A DNA stretch of 64,000 bases. It comes from Puniceicoccaceae bacterium (GTDB taxonomy: Bacteria; Verrucomicrobiota; Verrucomicrobiia; Opitutales; Oceanipulchritudinaceae). Shown piece by piece: positions 51,811 to 60,839 of this stretch. The DNA lies in NCBI GenBank assembly GCA_040830765.1, contig JBFOMH010000015.1, positions 1 through 64,000 of the forward strand. Direction: 5' to 3'. A model generated the notes under the pieces. The model had not been told where the DNA came from and made no database searches. It saw only the letters and a list, made by a program, of their open reading frames with translations. Both the position numbers and the translations under genes were made by a program. The stretch's first letter is position 1, and every line of letters starts with the position of its first letter.

Positions 51811-52734
51811 TTACGCACGAACGAAGACCAGTGTCAGGTCAATCGTCACGAGGTCGTTGACAAGGTGCATGCCCAATCGCTCGAAAAGGGAACCGGAGCC
51901 ATAAACAGCACCAAAGTTGACCCGGTTGACATCCACCTGGGCCTGGAAGGAAATCCCGTCCGGGATCTGGTTGACCATGGCCTTGAACTCGATGATGCGG
52001 GTCACCCCGCGCAGGGTCATCTCGCCGTAGATCCGGTAATTGGGCTGGCCGGGTGCGCCGCCGATGAGGCGTTCAGTCTGCAGCAGGCGAAAACTGGCCT
52101 CGGGATGCTCCCCGACATTGAAAAAGTCAACGCTGGCCAGATGTTCGATAAGCACCTTGTTCATGGTATCATCCTGGATATCGGCGCAGGTGATGCCCTT
52201 CATATCGACGCAGACCTCGCCACCGGTGACATCTCCGTCCCCATCGACTTCCAGGTTGCCGGACTTCAACTCCACCCGGCCATTGTGGTTGTTGGCAAGG
52301 TTGCGGCCAATCCACCGCAAGGCACTTTTCTCGACGGAGAGGTTGAGCTTACCGGTGGGAAAGACCATCCACTTGTTCCGGAGGCCGGATTCAAGGGTCA
52401 GCCCCGCCCGCATCCAGGCATCGAGTCCTCCCTCGAGCACCGATACCCTGTAGTAACCGGCTTCCTTGAGGCGCCCAAAAGCCATCTCCGCTGCCCGGAA
52501 CTGATCGGATTCCCCATAGAGAATAACTTTCGTATTCTGATCCGGAAAGCGGGCGGCAAATTGCTCATTGAAGGCTACTTCATAGACACAGATATTATCC
52601 GCTCCGGCGATGTGGGATTCCCCGTAGGCTTCCGGTATACGCACATCCACTATCGGGACGTCATCCTCCAATTGCTTGAGGGCCGTTTGCAAAGGGACAT
52701 AATTGATAGCGGATGGTCTGGGTATGATGGACAT
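51811..52734 (-). CDS. Rhodanese-like domain fused to a YceI domain
   Basis: VDVR..EAY..SHIAGA and LEGGLDAW; then WIGRN...HNG, HL.S.DFF, G.MTLRG and NRVNFG. Confidence 0.85.
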   Translation of the reverse strand: MSIIPRPSAINYVPLQTALKQLEDDVPIVDVRIPEAYGESHIAGADNICVYEVAFNEQFAARFPDQNTKVILYGESDQFRAAEMAFGRLKEAGYYRVSVLEGGLDAWMRAGLTLESGLRNKWMVFPTGKLNLSVEKSALRWIGRNLANNHNGRVELKSGNLEVDGDGDVTGGEVCVDMKGITCADIQDDTMNKVLIEHLASVDFFNVGEHPEASFRLLQTERLIGGAPGQPNYRIYGEMTLRGVTRIIEFKAMVNQIPDGISFQAQVDVNRVNFGAVYGSGSLFERLGMHLVNDLVTIDLTLVFVRA

Positions 52735-52751
52735 AATTCAGCTAGCTTAGG

Positions 52752-53132
52752 TTAATTTTCGGGATTGTCGACCTCCTCCAGGAGATCCACTTCTTTCAAG
52801 GCCTCCACCTGCTCCTCAAATGCCGCTTCGGCCGCGGCTTCCTCAGCCTCAATCCGGGAGAGGGCCTTCTCGGTCTCGGACTCCTGAAGCTCCCCGGCCG
52901 GGTCCACCTCAATGAGGGCCCGATCCTGGCGGTCCTCAGTCGCTGCCTTGTAAATCTGCATGGCGAAATAAAAGGCCGCCACCGTCAGGACCATCAGGAC
53001 CGAACCAAAGATGGCATAAAGGCGCAAGCGGCGGTTGGTCGACAAGGTCGGGGCCTGTTCCCGCAAGTGGGCCAGTCGCGCTTCAGAACTTTCGCTCCCA
53101 AAGCGGCTCTCCCGGGGTTTGCGGTCTTCCAT
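52752..53132 (-). CDS. Hypothetical single-pass membrane protein with an acidic tail
   Basis: One TM segment; co-oriented with neighbours and fills the gap. Confidence 0.65.
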   Translation of the reverse strand: MEDRKPRESRFGSESSEARLAHLREQAPTLSTNRRLRLYAIFGSVLMVLTVAAFYFAMQIYKAATEDRQDRALIEVDPAGELQESETEKALSRIEAEEAAAEAAFEEQVEALKEVDLLEEVDNPEN

Positions 53133-53185
53133 TTTCACGCCATCACGTTGCCAGTTCCAACAGGACTGTGCAAGTCAGGGAGGCC

Positions 53186-53575
53186 TTATTTCTCCGGATG
53201 CAGGTCGTAGGTCGTTATCTCGACGACATGGCCATCCGGATCCTTGAAGTAAATGGAGTGGGAAATCTCGTGGTCCTGGAACTCGAATGGAATGTCCTTT
53301 GCCTTCAGTTCGCTGCAGGCCTGTTTGAAATCGGTCATGGACTCCGCGAGGAAGGCAAAGTGGTCCAGGCGGATGCCCTCCCGCGGTTGGATGGTGGCAC
53401 CCGTACCGGCCTCGAAGATGGCGAGGCAGGTTTCCCCCTTGCGGAGAAAGACCGGGTTGCCATCCCAGGCACCCTTGTAAATCCACTCCATGCCAAGAAC
53501 CTCGCAATACCAGGCCCGCGACACCGCGACGTCCGCGCAGACAATCGCCAGGTGATCGATCCGTTTCAGCTCCAT
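53186..53575 (-). CDS. VOC/glyoxalase family protein (start re-called at MELKRI)
   Basis: IDHLAI, LDHFAF and SIYFKDPDGHVVEI. Confidence 0.9.
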   Translation of the reverse strand: MELKRIDHLAIVCADVAVSRAWYCEVLGMEWIYKGAWDGNPVFLRKGETCLAIFEAGTGATIQPREGIRLDHFAFLAESMTDFKQACSELKAKDIPFEFQDHEISHSIYFKDPDGHVVEITTYDLHPEK

Positions 53576-53591
53576 CCCGCGCTTAACCGGA

Positions 53592-53834
53592 TCAGCCGAC
53601 GATCCGCAGGGCAAGGTACGGCACCAGGTTGAAGGCAAATACCATTACCTTGAAGAAGGCCATCCCGGTGTAGTGGATCTTGTCGAACTCCTCTACCGAC
53701 AGCTTGAACCAGCGGGAGTGCATGCGGTAGACAAAATCATGGGCAAAGAATATGAACAGGGCCCACCAGATAAGCAGGCCAATGTTGAATAGAGTGCACC
53801 AGCCAAGGGCATCGCGGATGAGTTCGAGTGTCAT
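53592..53834 (-). CDS. Small two-TM membrane protein (DUF6868-like)
   Basis: AGGAGG SD; LGWCT, HSRWF, HY.GMA.FK and FNLVPYLAL. Confidence 0.75.
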   Translation of the reverse strand: MTLELIRDALGWCTLFNIGLLIWWALFIFFAHDFVYRMHSRWFKLSVEEFDKIHYTGMAFFKVMVFAFNLVPYLALRIVG

Positions 53835-53931
53835 TATTTCCTCCTTGTTGCTATAACGAGGAAGTCATCCTAGGAACTGCCATGGACAAGGCAAGGGGTA
53901 ACGATCGGGCATGTTGCCCGACGGGCGGAAT

Positions 53932-54765
53932 TTAAATGACCAGCTTGGCCCGCTTCAGGGAACCGACCCACTGCAGGGCCTCATCGCTCCAGACAAGATG
54001 GAACCCGGTATCCTTGAGGTTTTGCGCCACCTCGCTTCCGGCCTTGGCCACTGCCACCGCATGGCTGCAGCCATATCCACGGGAAGCCCGCAGGCGTTCC
54101 AGAAGGATAGCTTGATGCCCGGCATTGCGTCGATGCGGTGACAGTACCCCACCCCCGCAAAGGCAGGCATCTGAGCCCTGCCAATGCCACATCCCGAAAC
54201 CAACCCGGCGGCCGTGGTAATTCACCCAGCGGCAATGCAATCCGGACATGTTGGCCAGATGCTCCATGTTATCGAGGGCCTCTTCAAAATAGCAGTTGGG
54301 TCCGGCAAAGTACTGCAGGTACATCTGGAAGAACTGGCGCATTTCCATTTCCGGTACCTGTTCAAAACTCCAGGCCCCGAATCGGCTCAGATCTACTCCT
54401 GCGGTTGGACGGGCATAATATTCCTCAATGTCTGCGACCCGGAACCCGGGGTGGAGCATGCTCGGGCGGTCCTCGGTATCACCCGTCAGGGACAAGCGGA
54501 AAGAGATCTCACCTTGACCATAATACTCCAGCAGCTGGTCCTCATAGGTTGCAAACTCCGCAGCCGGTCCAATTGCCCGGTTGAAGTAGCCCACTCCCTT
54601 GAATTTCAAGGCCAGAAACGGACCGATTCGCTGGATATCAATCCCCAGGGAGGGATTATGCCAGCGGTAAATTTCCAGACGCCGAACATCAAAGTTCCAC
54701 ATGCTGAGACACGCAGAAAGTTGTTTCTGCGTCAGGGGATTCTGGCGCTGAAGGGTGGAGAACAT
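53932..54765 (-). CDS. Putative GNAT-fold protein, divergent
   Basis: YFNRAIG; C-terminal GVLSPHRRNAGHQAIL..RL and QNL...GF resemble GNAT motifs A/B. Confidence 0.55.
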   Translation of the reverse strand: MFSTLQRQNPLTQKQLSACLSMWNFDVRRLEIYRWHNPSLGIDIQRIGPFLALKFKGVGYFNRAIGPAAEFATYEDQLLEYYGQGEISFRLSLTGDTEDRPSMLHPGFRVADIEEYYARPTAGVDLSRFGAWSFEQVPEMEMRQFFQMYLQYFAGPNCYFEEALDNMEHLANMSGLHCRWVNYHGRRVGFGMWHWQGSDACLCGGGVLSPHRRNAGHQAILLERLRASRGYGCSHAVAVAKAGSEVAQNLKDTGFHLVWSDEALQWVGSLKRAKLVI

Positions 54766-54782
54766 TGGAATAGTCGATTGTG

Positions 54783-54798
54783 TAGGGTAAATACCCTA
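54783..54798. promoter_or_regulatory. Perfect 7-2-7 inverted repeat (putative operator) on the -10 of the GNAT-like gene promoter
   Basis: TAGGGTA-AA-TACCCTA; the minus-strand TTGCAT-N17-TAGGGT promoter overlaps it. Confidence 0.55.
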
Positions 54799-54857
54799 AA
54801 TTGCTCTGAAACTTGATGCAAGCCAAATTTTTCGACTTTGCCAACTGCCCAACCACC

Positions 54858-55544
54858 TCAAGCAGCGAACAGGATCAGCGCTCCAATGACAAAAATGCAC
54901 ACATCGACGATCGCATGGCTGAGGTAAGCCGGCCAGATGGACTCAAAGCGGGCATAAATCCAGGACCATACCAGCCCTCCCACGAAGACGCCGGTTGAAC
55001 ACAGGAGGACGGGCAGCAAGTCCATGTAGACTGCCAGGGCGAAAACGTGATGCAGGGTAAAACAGAGGGCTGAAGCGATAATGCCGAGACCCCGGCCAAG
55101 GCAATCCACGCTTTTGCTGACGACAAACCAGCGCCAGACATACTCCTCCAGAACGGAATTAATGAGCACCCAATAGAGGGCCCCGGCAATGTAGCGGGAA
55201 GGCACATTGAGGCCTATGGCATCCAGCTGCGTGCGCATCGCCGGCAGATCGAGAATGGCCGGTGCGATGAAAATCCAGGCCAGGAAGATAATAGCACTGA
55301 TCGCCAAGCCAGAGGAAAGACCCCAGCCAAAGCCGCCTTTGCGCGGAGGCGACCAACTGAGCTTCTCCCGGTCTACGAGCAGGTGCCAACCAAGGGGGAG
55401 CGCAAGGATCCAGACCTTGCTGAAAGCGAAAACGGCTGCCCCGAGGGCCGAATCCGGCCACCAGACCATGGCGCAAAGAACACCAATGCTGGGAGCGGGA
55501 ACGAGGAGCAAGAGGGCCAGAAGGGAACGGGATCGGGGTGACAT
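54858..55544 (-). CDS. CPBP/Abi (CAAX protease-like) intramembrane metalloprotease
   Basis: EEYVWR, FTLHH and SHAIVD motifs with multiple TM helices. Confidence 0.88.
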   Translation of the reverse strand: MSPRSRSLLALLLLVPAPSIGVLCAMVWWPDSALGAAVFAFSKVWILALPLGWHLLVDREKLSWSPPRKGGFGWGLSSGLAISAIIFLAWIFIAPAILDLPAMRTQLDAIGLNVPSRYIAGALYWVLINSVLEEYVWRWFVVSKSVDCLGRGLGIIASALCFTLHHVFALAVYMDLLPVLLCSTGVFVGGLVWSWIYARFESIWPAYLSHAIVDVCIFVIGALILFAA

Positions 55545-55668
55545 GTCCCTATGGTCATGCAGCATTGGCCAGTCATGGCAAGCTCCCCGCATAGCCGTGC
55601 TAAACGAATACCCTCATGTATGGTTCTCGGCAGTTGCCATTTGCCCATGCCGTGCTACTGATGTTGCC

Positions 55669-57042
55669 ATGTTTGATCCTGTTGAAGTCATCAAGGAGCT
55701 GGTGCGCCAGCCCAGTGTTTCCTCCGACCCGTCATTCGCCGAAGGCATGGAGGGTACCCGCGACGTTTTGGTGAAGCTATTCACCGGAATGGGCCTCGAG
55801 GTGGAGATTGTGAAAACTTCCCTCCATCCGGTCATTCTGGCTCGCCGAACTGGCCCAGCGGAGTGGCCGCATGTCATTATTTATGGCCATTATGATGTCC
55901 AGCCACCGGACCCGCTCGACCTCTGGGACTCGCCGGCCTTTGAGCCAACGATGAAGGGTACCCGGCTCTACGGGCGCGGGGTTGCCGATAACAAGGGACC
56001 GATGATGGTCCATGTCACCGCGGCCGCCCGCCTCCTTGAGGAAAATCCGGACCTGCCACTGCGCATCACCTTCCTTATTGAGGGAGAGGAAGAAATGGGC
56101 AGTCCCAGCCTGCCGGAAGTCATGGCCAGTCATAAAGACCAGCTCAAAGGGGACTTCATCCTGCTCTCGGATACCCTCAATCCGTCCAACGAACAGGTCG
56201 CCATCCAGACCGGTATCCGCGGCATCATTTCCTTCGAGGTGGAAGTCACCGGACCCCGGCGTGATCTCCACTCGGGCGGCTTTGGCGGAGCCATCTACAA
56301 TCCCGTCCAAGCGCTGACGGAAATATGCGCCAGCCTGCACCATCCAGATGGGCGGATCAATGTCCCGGGCTTCTATGATGACGTCATCACTCCCGAGGAC
56401 TGGGAGAAGGACGAGATCGCCCGCCAGCCGGTGACCAACGAGGACATCGTCAAGGAGACCGGCATCAAGGAAGTCTTTACGGCCAACAACCGGACCGGAC
56501 CGGAGGCCATCAGTTGCGAACCAACTTTGGAAATTAATGGCATCGGCGGCGGCTACCAGGGGCCGGGGGACAAGACCATTATCCCATCAAAGGCCTTCGC
56601 TAAGATCACCTGCCGCTTGGTTGCCAACCAGGACCCGAAGGATATCAAGGCCAAGGTCTTCGCAGCCATAAAGGAGCGCTGTCCGGAACAGGTCGGGCTG
56701 ACGATCAAGGAATACCATGACGGCCTTCCCTACTCCGTGGTTCCCCCGGGCAAGCCCAACACGCCAGCAGACCAGAATCCGCACCTGGCCAAGGCCTTTG
56801 CCGCCTGCGACAAGGCGGTCACCGAGACCTTCGGCAAACCACCACTTTACCTGCGTGGGGGCGGTTCCATTCCCATCATCGGGGAGCTCAACCGGGTCCT
56901 TGGCATGGATTGCCTGATGCTCGGATTCGGGACGGAAGACAACAACCTCCACGCGCCCAACGAGTCCCTCGACCTGGCCTGGTTTGAAAAGACCTCCAGC
57001 GTCTCCCGGGCCATCCTGCTCAAGGTGGCGGGCCTCGCCTGA
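55669..57042 (+). CDS. M20 family metallopeptidase/dipeptidase (start re-called at MFDPVE)
   Basis: YGHYDVQP, GRGVADNKG, EGEEEMGS, DLHSG, GGSIP and HAPNE. Confidence 0.93.
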   Translation: MFDPVEVIKELVRQPSVSSDPSFAEGMEGTRDVLVKLFTGMGLEVEIVKTSLHPVILARRTGPAEWPHVIIYGHYDVQPPDPLDLWDSPAFEPTMKGTRLYGRGVADNKGPMMVHVTAAARLLEENPDLPLRITFLIEGEEEMGSPSLPEVMASHKDQLKGDFILLSDTLNPSNEQVAIQTGIRGIISFEVEVTGPRRDLHSGGFGGAIYNPVQALTEICASLHHPDGRINVPGFYDDVITPEDWEKDEIARQPVTNEDIVKETGIKEVFTANNRTGPEAISCEPTLEINGIGGGYQGPGDKTIIPSKAFAKITCRLVANQDPKDIKAKVFAAIKERCPEQVGLTIKEYHDGLPYSVVPPGKPNTPADQNPHLAKAFAACDKAVTETFGKPPLYLRGGGSIPIIGELNRVLGMDCLMLGFGTEDNNLHAPNESLDLAWFEKTSSVSRAILLKVAGLA

Positions 57043-57048
57043 CGCGGA

Positions 57049-57876
57049 TCAAATTTCCACGGAACCCATTTCCAGTCGCCGCTTGAGGACGGCGATAATT
57101 CCCGGATGTTCGCCGACCAGTCCGGTCATGCTGGTGCGCAGTCCCGGGTTTTTTTCCCTCGCCTCACGACAAATGGTTGCGATGTCGCCGCCTGGCCCGG
57201 CATGTCGTCCGGGGGAAAGGAAGAGCATCGAGACCACGACCGGTCCGTCGTTCCATGGCGGCTGCCGGAGGATGTTTTCAAGCAATGGTTCGTTAAAGGC
57301 ATAGGCCTCCCCTTCCCTGCGCTCCATCGAGGCCGGGGCAACACCTGCTACCGCACCCCCAAGCATTGACTCCAATTCGACAGCCAGTGCATTTCGTGCA
57401 TCCGTGACTGCCGGCAACGGCGATCCATGGTCGACTAGGATCACCCGCGGCTGTTTCCAACCGTTGTAGCTCATGACCTGCCCCACATTATCGGCCAATA
57501 TCTGGACCAGGTCGCTGTTGTCCTGATCATCGCCTAAAAAGAGGAACGGGGCTAATCTCACGTTGAAGTCGCCATGTTTTTCCCGCCGATAGGCCAGCCT
57601 TTGTGGTAAGTACTCGGTAATGGCTCCCGTGGGACCAAAGAAGAACGGCAGGATGGTGAAATTCCGTTCGCCCGCCTCCAGAAAAAGCCGCAACCGCCGT
57701 TCCAGATTGACCGCCGGCTCTCCCTCAAGCTGGTCCACGGGCACCTTGCTGGAATGCAGCAGCGAGGAGGGCAAGATTTCGAGTCCTGTTTCCCGGCTCA
57801 GTTCCGCCGCAATCGACCTCAGGTTGAGGACACTCTGGGGACGCAAACTGCCATTATCGACCAGCAAATACCGCAT
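57049..57876 (-). CDS. CbiX/SirB-family class II chelatase
   Basis: Two repeated alpha/beta halves: LLVDNGS...PFFFGP and LVDHGS...FLSPGRHAG; VGEHP. Confidence 0.75.
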   Translation of the reverse strand: MRYLLVDNGSLRPQSVLNLRSIAAELSRETGLEILPSSLLHSSKVPVDQLEGEPAVNLERRLRLFLEAGERNFTILPFFFGPTGAITEYLPQRLAYRREKHGDFNVRLAPFLFLGDDQDNSDLVQILADNVGQVMSYNGWKQPRVILVDHGSPLPAVTDARNALAVELESMLGGAVAGVAPASMERREGEAYAFNEPLLENILRQPPWNDGPVVVSMLFLSPGRHAGPGGDIATICREAREKNPGLRTSMTGLVGEHPGIIAVLKRRLEMGSVEI

Positions 57877-57976
57877 ACCAGTTTCCTAGTGAGGACAAAG
57901 CAGCCCAAAGAGCAACCCGCTTCATCGAACAAAGATTGGTATTGAAGGGATCGCCATCTGCGTAAACCTTTGGCTC

Positions 57977-58540
57977 ATGCAATCTGAAGTCCTCGACATC
58001 TTCAAGAAGACCGGCGCCCTGCTTGAGGGTCACTTCATCCTTCGTTCCGGGCTGCGCTCGGGTCACTTCTTCCAGTGTGCCCGGGTCTGCGAGCACCTCG
58101 ATGAGGTCACCCGGCTGGCTGAGTTGCTGATCAAGAAGCTGCCGGACATGTCGGAGGTTGAGACCGTGGTCTCGCCGGCCATGGGCGGTCTGGTCATTGG
58201 ACAAGAGGTCGCCCGGCAGTTGGGGAAACGCTTCATCTTTGCGGAGAAGGTGGATGACCTGCTGGCCTTGCGGCGCAACTTCATCATCAAGCCGGGCGAG
58301 CGGGTGCTCATTGTCGAGGATGTCATCACCCGGGGCGGCCGGGTCCAGGAGACGCTCGACCTGATTGATTCCCGCGGTGGCGTCACCGAGGCCATTGCCG
58401 TCCTGGTGGACCGGTCGGCAGGCAATGCCTCCTTCTCCTCCCCCCTCATTGCCCTCCTGGAGATGAATTTCCCGACCTATGAGGCGGATCAGGTCCCACC
58501 GGAATTGCGCAACATCCCGGCTGTCAAACCGGGTTCCTGA
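57977..58540 (+). CDS. pyrE: Orotate phosphoribosyltransferase
   Basis: GALLEGHFILRSG, PAMGG, VEDVITRGG and KPGS. Confidence 0.94.
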   Translation: MQSEVLDIFKKTGALLEGHFILRSGLRSGHFFQCARVCEHLDEVTRLAELLIKKLPDMSEVETVVSPAMGGLVIGQEVARQLGKRFIFAEKVDDLLALRRNFIIKPGERVLIVEDVITRGGRVQETLDLIDSRGGVTEAIAVLVDRSAGNASFSSPLIALLEMNFPTYEADQVPPELRNIPAVKPGS

Positions 58541-58653
58541 CACCGGGAATCGGTACCAGCTGGTTGATTTTACCAGCAAGTCGCGTTTCTTGAACGTATA
58601 ACAGCCTTTGCATAACTAAAAGAAGACCACCTTAATTTAATTCGAAATTCACC

Positions 58654-59328
58654 ATGACCAGCATGCAATTATTCCTCTTTCTGATCATTCCCACCGTCAT
58701 CTTGGGTATCTACGCCCAGTCCAAGGTCCAGGGTGCCTACAGCAAATGGTCCCGGGTCGGTTCACGTAGCCGCATCACCGGACGCGAGGCTGCCCAGTAC
58801 GTCCTTCAAAAGGCGGGCATCACGGATGTCGAAATAACCTCCACCCGCGGTCACCTGACTGACCATTACGATCCCACCCACAAGCGGCTCGTCCTCAGCC
58901 AGGAAAACTATGATGGCTACAGCCTGGCCGCCCTTGGGGTTGCCGCCCACGAAGCGGGGCATGCCGTGCAGCATGCAACCGGCTACTCCATGCTCAAGCT
59001 GCGCATGAGCCTGGTGCCGATCACTATGTTCGCCTCCCAGTTGCTCCCCTTCGTCATCATTGGTGGCTTCTTTTTCGGCATGCTGGGCCTGATCAAACTG
59101 GGTGTCCTGGTCTATCTTGTCCTGACCATTTTCCAGTTGGTTACGCTGCCGGTCGAATTTGATGCCTCCCGCCGGGCCAAGGCGGAACTTGTTTCAACAG
59201 GGATTCTCCAGGCCGACGAGATGGTGGGGGTCAACAAGACGCTCGACGCAGCCGCCCTCACCTACGTGGCGGCCTTTGTCAGCTCATTGGCCAATCTGCT
59301 TTACCTGCTGGCGCTGTCGCGCCGCTAG
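58654..59328 (+). CDS. YugP-like neutral zinc metallopeptidase
   Basis: LTDHYDP, AAHEAGHA, TLPVEFDAS.RA and AAALTYVA. Confidence 0.92.
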   Translation: MTSMQLFLFLIIPTVILGIYAQSKVQGAYSKWSRVGSRSRITGREAAQYVLQKAGITDVEITSTRGHLTDHYDPTHKRLVLSQENYDGYSLAALGVAAHEAGHAVQHATGYSMLKLRMSLVPITMFASQLLPFVIIGGFFFGMLGLIKLGVLVYLVLTIFQLVTLPVEFDASRRAKAELVSTGILQADEMVGVNKTLDAAALTYVAAFVSSLANLLYLLALSRR

Positions 59329-59331
59329 TAA

Positions 59332-60123
59332 TCAGACGGTCTCTTCCGGCGCAGATTCAACAGCTTCCTCAACCGCTTCTTCCTCTGCTGGAACCGGTTC
59401 CTCGACCGCAGGCGGTGCCGGTGGTGCCCATTCGCCCGTCACCGGACCGTGGATGGCTTCCAGTTCCGCCTGTGACCATGGATCCGTCCGCGCTCCGTAT
59501 TCCTCCCGCACCTGTGCGACGAGTTCCTCGGAAACTTCGTAGGAAGCATTCTGGTAGAGAGGATCAGTCCGGATGTAGGTCAGGACTGCAGCGATGTGCT
59601 GGTCCTTGAGCCGGTCGAAGGGGGTCATGGCGTTGTTGTAGACCTGGCCATTGACCGTCACCTCACCCGCGAGGCCGGCAAGGATGACCTTGATCAGCCG
59701 TTCCGGATTGTCCTTCACCCAGTCGGAATTGACGAGGGGTGGATAGACCGCCGGCAATCCCAGACCGGAGGCCTGGTGACAGGCGACACAGTTCTGGTTA
59801 TAGACCCGCTTGCCGAGGGCAATCATGTCGACTTCCTTGGGGCCCGTCTCCTCGAAGGAACCGGCACGGACCGATTCATCATAGTGGAACGGCCCGAAAT
59901 CCCCCGAGTAGTGCACCAGGTAGATACCTGCCCAGAAGGCGAGAATCATGAACAGGGCGACAAAGAACAGGGGCATCGGGGAGAAATTCTCCGTTGGCTC
60001 CTCCTTTTCACGCATCAACTGCGTGTGCACCTTTTGCAGGTCCTGGTCATCGAACCGGGTGCCTTCAAAGGTCGGGCGGGATTCCCCCTTGTGAGGATAC
60101 TTGTCTTTTTGGTCTTCACTCAT
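59332..60123 (-). CDS. Membrane-anchored monoheme cytochrome c at the end of the cbb3 operon
   Basis: One TM helix, a single CVACH, YPPL and NAMTPF (Met ligand). Confidence 0.88.
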   Translation of the reverse strand: MSEDQKDKYPHKGESRPTFEGTRFDDQDLQKVHTQLMREKEEPTENFSPMPLFFVALFMILAFWAGIYLVHYSGDFGPFHYDESVRAGSFEETGPKEVDMIALGKRVYNQNCVACHQASGLGLPAVYPPLVNSDWVKDNPERLIKVILAGLAGEVTVNGQVYNNAMTPFDRLKDQHIAAVLTYIRTDPLYQNASYEVSEELVAQVREEYGARTDPWSQAELEAIHGPVTGEWAPPAPPAVEEPVPAEEEAVEEAVESAPEETV

Positions 60124-60140
60124 GGAAATTCGCCTCCGTC

Positions 60141-60836
60141 CTATTCGGTAAATTTCATTTCCGGCAACTCGTAGTCCTGTTGCAGGTTCATCAGGTAGGC
60201 CACGAGATCCTTGGCCCGCTGGGTGGGAACTAACTCGTAGCCCTCACCGGGGTGATAGGCGTCCGGCAACTCGATGGCGTCCGGGGAGGGACCCCGCATC
60301 TCGCTCACCTCGCGGACCTCGAAGAGAAAGCCATAGGGTGGCATGGTCGAACCCGGGGAAGTGATCTGCGGGTTGTAGAGGTGCTGGTACTGCCACAGTT
60401 CGGAATAACGCAAGCCGACATTGGTCAGGTCGGGGCCCGTCCGCATGGTACCGAGCATGACGCGGTCTTGCTCGATGTAGTCGCGGGCTACCGACTGGCG
60501 GTTACCCCAGCCGCGCTCGAAATCAGCCCCGAACCCGGCCCGGCGGACCTGCTGGGAATGGCAGTAGAGGCATCCCATTTCCTGGTAAACCAGCTTGCCC
60601 CGCTGAGCTTCTCCAACCAGCGGCAACGGATAAGCGGTCATCCCGTCCGTGTTCTTGACGTTGACCCCGTCGACCATGAACTGCCGGCCGGTGATCGGTT
60701 CGTCATCGGCATTGACCAGCTCGGCCGTGGCCGGAGTCAAGTCACGCATCTGCAAGTGGGAGGTGAGGACAATCCCGGTCCAGGAGAACGCGAGGGTGAA
60801 AAAGACACCGAGAAATATGAGTGGAAGGCTTTTCAT
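60141..60836 (-). CDS. ccoO: cbb3-type cytochrome c oxidase subunit II
   Basis: [25 protein letters not shown] and STMPPY. Confidence 0.92.
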   Translation of the reverse strand: MKSLPLIFLGVFFTLAFSWTGIVLTSHLQMRDLTPATAELVNADDEPITGRQFMVDGVNVKNTDGMTAYPLPLVGEAQRGKLVYQEMGCLYCHSQQVRRAGFGADFERGWGNRQSVARDYIEQDRVMLGTMRTGPDLTNVGLRYSELWQYQHLYNPQITSPGSTMPPYGFLFEVREVSEMRGPSPDAIELPDAYHPGEGYELVPTQRAKDLVAYLMNLQQDYELPEMKFTE

Positions 60837-60839
60837 CGA

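Noticed and set aside
55207..55668. Long N-terminal extensions in the ORF track (M20 peptidase here; also ligA, cysH, the aminotransferase and the MBL exonuclease) that suggest fusions
   Set aside because: The extensions overlap neighbouring genes, and family homology starts at downstream start codons.
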